64,000 nt of DNA from Chloroflexota bacterium (GTDB lineage: Bacteria; Chloroflexota; Anaerolineae; UBA7937; B3-Chlor): positions 5,624-69,623 of the forward strand of contig JAUWLF010000009.1 of NCBI GenBank assembly GCA_030613785.1, written 5' to 3'. Positions 58,775 through 64,000 of the stretch are shown here, piece after piece; positions within the stretch are counted from its first letter, which is position 1; every line of letters begins with the position of its first letter. The notes beneath the pieces were generated by a model. That model was not told where the DNA came from, did no database searches, and worked only from the letters and a program-made list of their open reading frames with translations. A program made the position numbers and the translations under genes.

Positions 58775-59917
58775 TCACTCCTCTGCGCGCGCCCGACAAG
58801 CCTTCTCGAGGCCCTTTTCAACCGCCGCTCGCTGCTTTGGGAATTCCTCCTCCGAGTAGACCTCCAGTGCGCCGCGGTAGGCGGCGATGGCCCGGTCCAA
58901 GTTCTCACTACGTTCACCTCGGATCCGCTTGAAGTACGCAAAACCCAAGCTACGCTGAGTCCCGGCCCAGTGAAGCGGGAACCGGTCACGCGTCAGCACC
59001 TCCAGGGCAGACTCGTAGGCGGCAACCGCCTTTTCCAGGTTCTCCGCGTGATCGTCCCTTTTTCGCCTCCGGTACGCCGCACCCAGGTTGTTCTGAGCCA
59101 TCGCCCAGTCCACAGGGAACTTGTCGCGTGTGGTGACCTCCAGGGCAGCTTCGTAAGCCGAGATAGCCTTTTCCAGATTCTCGGCCCCACTGCCGCGTCT
59201 CCGTTCCGAGTACGCGATCCCCAGTTTGTTCTGCACGGCCGCCCAGAACGGTGGAGCATCCTGCCATCGGAGTTGCCCTAGGATCTCCTCGTAGATCTCT
59301 ATCTGCTCTTCCAGGCCTTTGCTGCTGGGCGGCAGGCCCTGGAGACGCGTGATCTGTTGCCGGAAACGCCGGGGGACCTTGATAGATGGCCGCTCTGCGC
59401 CGTACAACTCCCTCCGTTGCCACCCCTTGCGCTTCCGCACCTGCGCCAGCCATTCGTTCTGCCCTTGCACGGTGTCCATCTTCTGCGCCCACTCTTGTGC
59501 CCTGTCGGAGTCGTCCCCGATCTCCTCTTGCGCTACTTCCCTCAGGAAAGGGAAGACATCAGGATGATTGTCCTGAAGTTGCCGGAGCCACTTGGGCTTC
59601 AACCACCATGGTTGGCTGCGCCCGATGAGGAAGGCGACGATGAACGAGGGGACGAGAAGGTAGAGTAGGCGCCTCTGCCTGGTCTCCACGTCGTCAGGCA
59701 GTGCTGTGAGGGCCAAAACGAAGAATATCGCCCCGACCAGGGGAAGGAACTGATACGTGGTGACACCAAAGAAGCGTGATTCTTTCTTCAGGAAGTACCC
59801 CTTGGTGTAGCCCAAGCGTACATACATACCATAGCCGAAGATGAACGCACCGACACCGAAGCTAAGCAAGAAGACGACCCACTGTGTAGCTGCCTCGTGC
59901 ATCTGAACGTTCATCAC
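58775..59917 (-). CDS. Membrane protein (4 TM) with C-terminal TPR-like repeats
   Basis: N-terminal TM helices are followed by three 46-aa units ENLEKAI.AYE.ALEV.TRD.FP..WA..QNNLG.AY. Confidence 0.65.
   Translation of the reverse strand: MMNVQMHEAATQWVVFLLSFGVGAFIFGYGMYVRLGYTKGYFLKKESRFFGVTTYQFLPLVGAIFFVLALTALPDDVETRQRRLLYLLVPSFIVAFLIGRSQPWWLKPKWLRQLQDNHPDVFPFLREVAQEEIGDDSDRAQEWAQKMDTVQGQNEWLAQVRKRKGWQRRELYGAERPSIKVPRRFRQQITRLQGLPPSSKGLEEQIEIYEEILGQLRWQDAPPFWAAVQNKLGIAYSERRRGSGAENLEKAISAYEAALEVTTRDKFPVDWAMAQNNLGAAYRRRKRDDHAENLEKAVAAYESALEVLTRDRFPLHWAGTQRSLGFAYFKRIRGERSENLDRAIAAYRGALEVYSEEEFPKQRAAVEKGLEKACRARAEE
58861..59274 (-). repeat. Three in-frame tandem 138-nt repeats (TPR-like units), with a degenerate fourth beyond
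   Basis: Units start at CCTCCAG at 58861, 58999 and 59137, an exact 138-nt period. Confidence 0.8.
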
Positions 59918-59986
59918 CTTCTCCCCTTGAGTGGGGCTACCTGGGTACCTCGCCTTCGAAAGTGCAGAGCCACCATGCCCGAAGAG

Positions 59987-60016
59987 ATTCTAGCACACGG
60001 GGACGAAGTCCGTCAA
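59987..60016 (-). promoter_or_regulatory. sigma70-type promoter TTGACG-18-TAGAAT
   Basis: Minus strand reads TTGACGGACTTCGTCCCCGTGTGCTAGAAT. Confidence 0.6.
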
Positions 60017-60233
60017 GGGCAAAGGCAAGAGAGCCCCATCGCACGTTGATCAGCTTCACATGGTCACGGAGGAGATGGGCCAGATCATGGCACTACTCCA
60101 TGCCTGGACACACGTGGAGCACAAAAGCTGTTGGCTCACAGCCATCGTCTCACGCCAGGAACAGCGAGCTCGAGTGCACGAGCATGACCAGGACACGCTG
60201 CACCGTCTGCCACTCATCGCGGATGCCTCATGC

Positions 60234-61265
60234 TCAGTCTATCGGCACATAGCCACTCTTCCTCACCACTTGCTGGCCCTCTTCCGAGACAAGCCAATCT
60301 CTAAGCCTGTGAGCATTGCTATCGCTGTCCAGATCGCCTCTGATGACGACGTAGACTTCGGTGGTGAGTGGGTACTTTCTGGCCCTGATGTTGTCGTAGC
60401 TTGGAGCGACGCCATTGATGCTGCACAGTTTGATCTCCTCATTGGGAGCCATGAACTCCTCGAAGAAGTACACCGAGTACCCTACCCCATCTCTATCTTC
60501 ACCTATCCGGTTGATGGGACCCATCATCCCTTCCAGGATCATCGGCTCAGGAGACTCTATCATCTCCAGATCTTTCATCACAAGCGTCTCCATCAGCTCC
60601 TGACTACCCGAATTCTCATTTCGCTGGTACGGACGGATCTCCGCGCTGTCTCCACCCACCTGGCTCCAATTGGTGATCTTACCCATGTAGATGTCCTGAA
60701 TCTCCCCTACAGTCAAGTCTCCCACGGGATTGTGTCTGTTGAGGATGAAGACAAAGGCATCCAATGCAATTGCCTCCGCCTCCAGTTGTACACCTAGACT
60801 CTCCGCCAATTCCAGTTCATCTTGCGAGGGCAGTCTCGCCACCAGTATCACATCTGCACTGTTCCCGATCAGGTTCACGTAGGAGCCATGGGTCCCTTGA
60901 TGAACTACCGTTCTCACTATGCTCTCGGCCACGTGTTCCTTCCCTGCCACCGTGGCCTCGGGCACCACGCGCTTGGTCGCGTCCCACGGGCTCGCTTCCC
61001 AGCCCCATGGCACGCCCAGGAGTTCGCAGGCGATGAGAACGCCCAGCGGATGAGTTGAGGTCGAACCATCCACGCGCGGATAGTTCATGGCGAAACTAGG
61101 CTCTTCGGTGGCCGAGCCACGAACTTCGGGACAGATCACTTCCGGGGGGCACTCCGGGCATGAAGGACAACAACCTGCCACCGCAAGCAGACCCACGATC
61201 ACCCCACCCAAGACGCTTGTCCTCAGGTCCATTTCCACAACTCCTTTCGAGATCCCTATCTCCAC
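60234..61265 (-). CDS. PstS-like (PBP type 2) substrate-binding lipoprotein
   Basis: Lipobox LLAVAGC, then ITNWSQVGGDSAEIRPYQRNENSGSQELM. Confidence 0.65.
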   Translation of the reverse strand: MEIGISKGVVEMDLRTSVLGGVIVGLLAVAGCCPSCPECPPEVICPEVRGSATEEPSFAMNYPRVDGSTSTHPLGVLIACELLGVPWGWEASPWDATKRVVPEATVAGKEHVAESIVRTVVHQGTHGSYVNLIGNSADVILVARLPSQDELELAESLGVQLEAEAIALDAFVFILNRHNPVGDLTVGEIQDIYMGKITNWSQVGGDSAEIRPYQRNENSGSQELMETLVMKDLEMIESPEPMILEGMMGPINRIGEDRDGVGYSVYFFEEFMAPNEEIKLCSINGVAPSYDNIRARKYPLTTEVYVVIRGDLDSDSNAHRLRDWLVSEEGQQVVRKSGYVPID

Positions 61266-61300
61266 AGAGAGCGGATAGTTCTCCCGGCTATGAGAGGCGG

Positions 61301-61918
61301 CTACCTGATGAATATGATGTTCACAAGAACGCAGAAGGCACTATAGAAGATGCTGATCACCGCTGATCTGAACCAGCTCAGTCTGTGAATGACGTTCAGG
61401 CCTCTCGCCAGCAGCACCGTGCTCCACCTTACGTACAGCGAACGCGTTACTGTGTTGAAGACCAATGGCCAGTTGCCTCCGTTCAGCACAATGAACACGG
61501 CATCTAGACTCTCGATCAACACAAAGGGTGTGAAAACGACGATGCCCATGATGTTGAGACTGGCCTCAAGAGAGCCCTTTCCTCCCCACGTTCTGGACAG
61601 TACTTGCACCACACCCGATATCAATATCCAAACGACGAGGCCAAAGGGTATGTACTAGAATAGCTGGTAGAACCTGTAATCTTCAACCGGTATGTTCAAC
61701 CAGGGTTTCGCAAACATGACTTGATCTGTGAAGTAGAGATAGAACACGTAGACCTCACGTAGAATCCATTTCGTCGCTACCAAGACGAAGCCGACTCGGA
61801 TGGCCTCCTCCTACCCCCATGGCTCGAAGGACGCTCTTGCATGAAGAATGCTGCGGACGAAGTAGCCGAGTGGCCTCTTGAACACGTTCTCTTCCGTCGC
61901 AACTCTCACTATGGACAT
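61301..61918 (-). pseudogene. Yip1-like membrane protein frame interrupted by two in-frame TAG codons
   Basis: A single frame reads MSIVRVATEENVFKRPLGYFVRSILHARASFEPWG*EEAIRVGFVLV...YRFYQLF*YIPFGLVVWILISGVVQVL... The TAG codons are at 61811..61813 and 61655..61657. The ORF track shows only the last third. Confidence 0.55.
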
Positions 61919-62078
61919 CCTTTCGTCCAATTCTCGAACATCTCGGTCAACGTGGCACGCATCCGCGAGCGCTACATCTCCACCCATCTAGCCCGCTGCG
62001 GCCCCCAACATTCTACTGCCACTCAGGTCACAGAGCAATGGCACTGAATATCTTTAAGGTTGGATATAGTCTCTCAGT

Positions 62079-62107
62079 TTGACATTCTACGCCACTTGTG
62101 GTATTGT
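62079..62107 (+). promoter_or_regulatory. sigma70-type promoter TTGACA-17-TATTGT
   Basis: TTGACATTCTACGCCACTTGTGGTATTGT, about 30 nt before the riboswitch. Confidence 0.7.
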
Positions 62108-62140
62108 CCTCGCCAATCGAATACCAGCCGATGAGAGCAA

Positions 62141-62257
62141 TCCCATCCAGAGAGGTGGAGGGACCGGCCCTGTGAAGCCTCGGCAACCAAGCGTGCCATT
62201 ATCTGGACGCTGCGGTGCCAATTCCGTCAGACCCCCGGCGGGTACTGGAAGATGAGA
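62141..62257 (+). promoter_or_regulatory. SAM-I (S-box) riboswitch aptamer
   Basis: TCCCATCCAGAGAGGTGGAGGGACCGGCCCTGTGAAGCCTCGGCAACC...GCGGTGCCAATTCCGTCAG...GGAAGATGAGA matches the conserved S-box core. The P1 arms are UCCCAUC and GAUGAGA. Confidence 0.85.
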
Positions 62258-62274
62258 CCACGGCAACGCCTAGT

Positions 62275-62312
62275 GCCTCTTCAGTAACCTAGCCCCGCTG
62301 GAGAGGCTTTTT
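62275..62312 (+). terminator. Intrinsic terminator of the riboswitch expression platform
   Basis: GCCTCTTCAG-13 nt-CTGGAGAGGC (10 bp, one G-U), followed by TTTTT. Confidence 0.75.
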
Positions 62313-62386
62313 GGTGGGCACCTTTCCTCTTCTGATGAGAGAGCCTCAAAATCACTGACCCTGGCACGACCAGAGAGGAGGGTTCC

Positions 62387-63592
62387 ATGACCAGCCGCAT
62401 CTCGACTCAAGCGGTGCACGCGGGCGAAGAAAGGCCCAAGCCCTACGGAGCACTGACCACTCCCATCGTCCAGACCTCGACCTACACCTTCGCCGACACG
62501 GCAGAGATCATGGACTTCATGCATCGCAAAGCGGCCGGTGACTCGCCGGTTCGACACGAATACGGTCGCTACAGCAACCCTACCCAAGTTGTGGTGGAGC
62601 GCAAGGTGGCGGCACTGGACGGCGGCGAAAGAGCCTTGCTCTTCGCCAGCGGTATGTCCGCCATCACCACCACCTTGAGCACTCTGTTGTCCACCGGTGC
62701 CCACCTGGTGATGGTCCGCGACGTAAACCACCGGACGATGGACTTTGCTCTCTTGTTCCTCCAGCGATGGGGCGTGGAAACAACTCTGGTAGCTCCGGAT
62801 GAGCCCACCGCGATGGCTGCTGCGATTCGACCTAACACCCGTATGATCTTCTCCGAGACCCCAACTAACCCGTACCTGCGCATCATGGATCTGTCGCGAA
62901 CGGTCGAGATTGCAAGACAGCATCACCTAATGATAGTCATTGACAGCACCTTTGCCACACCCGTCAATCTGCGCCCCCTAGAACATGGCGTTGATCTCGT
63001 CATACACAGCGCCACCAAGTTCCTGGCAGGGCACAACGACCTTCTGGCAGGAGTAGTCGTTGGCACCAACGGCATCTTGATGGAAATCGAAGAGGCGCGA
63101 GGCATCTTGGGTGGGGTGAGCAGTCCTCACGACGCATACCTCCTCCTGCGCGGCCTGAAAACCCTGGACGTGCGCGTATGCCGCCAGAACGAGAATGCCC
63201 TTCGCATCGCACAGTTCCTTGAGGGACACCCCGCCGTACGTCGTGTCTACTATCCCGGTCTGCCCAGCCACCCCGAGTACGAAATCGCCAAGCGCCAGAT
63301 GACCTGTTTTGGGGGCGTGGTCAGCTTTGAGATCGAGGGCGACCTGGAGCAGACGTCGCGTTTCATCGATCGTCTGCGCCTGCCCTATATCGGCCCCACT
63401 CTGGGAGGTGTGGAGAGCGTCGTGCAGCAGCCGGCAACGCTGTACTCCATCGACCCTGAGGAGTGGCAGGCGGGAGGGATCAAGGACAACCTGGTGCGGT
63501 ATGCGGTAGGCATCGAAGATGCCGAAGACCTGATGACCGATCTAAGCCAGGCCCTTACGGGAGTTCAGTCGACAACACGGAGGGTACAATGA
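62387..63592 (+). CDS. Cys/Met-metabolism PLP enzyme (cystathionine gamma-synthase / O-acylhomoserine sulfhydrylase family)
   Basis: 401 aa with STQAVHAGE and [20 protein letters not shown] (PLP lysine). Confidence 0.8.
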   Translation: MTSRISTQAVHAGEERPKPYGALTTPIVQTSTYTFADTAEIMDFMHRKAAGDSPVRHEYGRYSNPTQVVVERKVAALDGGERALLFASGMSAITTTLSTLLSTGAHLVMVRDVNHRTMDFALLFLQRWGVETTLVAPDEPTAMAAAIRPNTRMIFSETPTNPYLRIMDLSRTVEIARQHHLMIVIDSTFATPVNLRPLEHGVDLVIHSATKFLAGHNDLLAGVVVGTNGILMEIEEARGILGGVSSPHDAYLLLRGLKTLDVRVCRQNENALRIAQFLEGHPAVRRVYYPGLPSHPEYEIAKRQMTCFGGVVSFEIEGDLEQTSRFIDRLRLPYIGPTLGGVESVVQQPATLYSIDPEEWQAGGIKDNLVRYAVGIEDAEDLMTDLSQALTGVQSTTRRVQ

Positions 63593-64000
63593 TCGTACAC
63601 AAGTTCGGCGGCACCTCAGTCGGCCAGAGTGAACTGTTTGGCAGTGTGGCCGACATCATAATCGAGCAGCAACAGCGGATGACACCCGCCGGGTCTGACC
63701 AGGCCGGTTCACACTCAGGCGAGATCGCAGTCGTGGTCTCGGCCATGAGCGGCGTCACCGACGAGTTGATCGCCGGGGCACGGGCTGCGACAGAGGGCAA
63801 AGATAACGCCTACGGGGAAGTCAAAGCTCGGCTGCTGAGCAGACACCTCGCGGTGGTGGACGCCATGTTGAGTCGTGGGCGCGAACGCCTCGAAGTTGGT
63901 GGCCTCTTCGAGGATCAGTTGCACCAACTAGAGCGCCTCTACCGCAGCATCGGTGTGCTCGGAGAGTTGACCGTGCGGAGTCGCGACGCAGTTGCGTCCT
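63589..64000 (+). CDS. Aspartate kinase, N-terminal part (runs off the right edge)
   Basis: [12 protein letters not shown]...AVVVSAMSGVTDELI. The ATG overlaps the upstream TGA as ATGA. Confidence 0.75.
   Translation, partial: MIVHKFGGTSVGQSELFGSVADIIIEQQQRMTPAGSDQAGSHSGEIAVVVSAMSGVTDELIAGARAATEGKDNAYGEVKARLLSRHLAVVDAMLSRGRERLEVGGLFEDQLHQLERLYRSIGVLGELTVRSRDAVAS

Overview
GC-rich bacterial chromosomal window. There are no rRNA or tRNA genes, CRISPR arrays, transposases or integrases. Taxon cannot be proven from here; the gene content (RdhA-like, non-Pyl MttB, DUF4013, many GT4) would fit a Chloroflexota-like organism. Positions 1-26.1 kb are entirely minus-strand. They hold a Type III R-M pair (mod, plus res running off the left edge), a DUF3644 cassette, and an operon of an EEP/DNase-I-like nuclease, an RmuC-like nuclease and two mini SH3 ORFs. 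Next come DUF4013 and three membrane proteins, a membrane-anchored Fe-S protein and an SDR epimerase. These are followed by a DUF488-DUF488-unknown three-gene operon behind an MntA gene and a decayed HepT, an orphan MttB-family methyltransferase, a lipoprotein pair (M1 peptidase plus beta-helix protein) and a GT4-GH65-betaPGM-TfoX_N operon. The middle contains XRE-CBS, agmatine deiminase, an Rrf2 / Mo-hydroxylase large subunit / ThiF-like E1 operon, a cytoplasmic RdhA-like gene and an M16 / hydrolase / udk operon. Positions 37.4-54 kb are an ABC-transporter-dependent (Wzm/Wzt) glycan cluster with about 11 glycosyltransferases, a methyltransferase and fcl. The right end has a wHTH-Fe-S plus radical SAM operon, kynureninase, a TPR membrane protein, a PstS-like lipoprotein, a Yip1-like frame with two in-frame UAG codons, and a SAM-I riboswitch with terminator ahead of a Cys/Met PLP enzyme and aspartate kinase. 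The least explained signal is a set of six copies of a roughly 100-nt promoter-plus-leader module at 4.4-21.5 kb. Each copy ends in a hairpin with compensatory base changes and a conserved UUGCA loop start, and each sits in the 5' leader of an unrelated gene. Many ORF-track starts were moved inward because canonical TTGACA-17-TATAAT promoters or upstream genes lie inside the extended frames.
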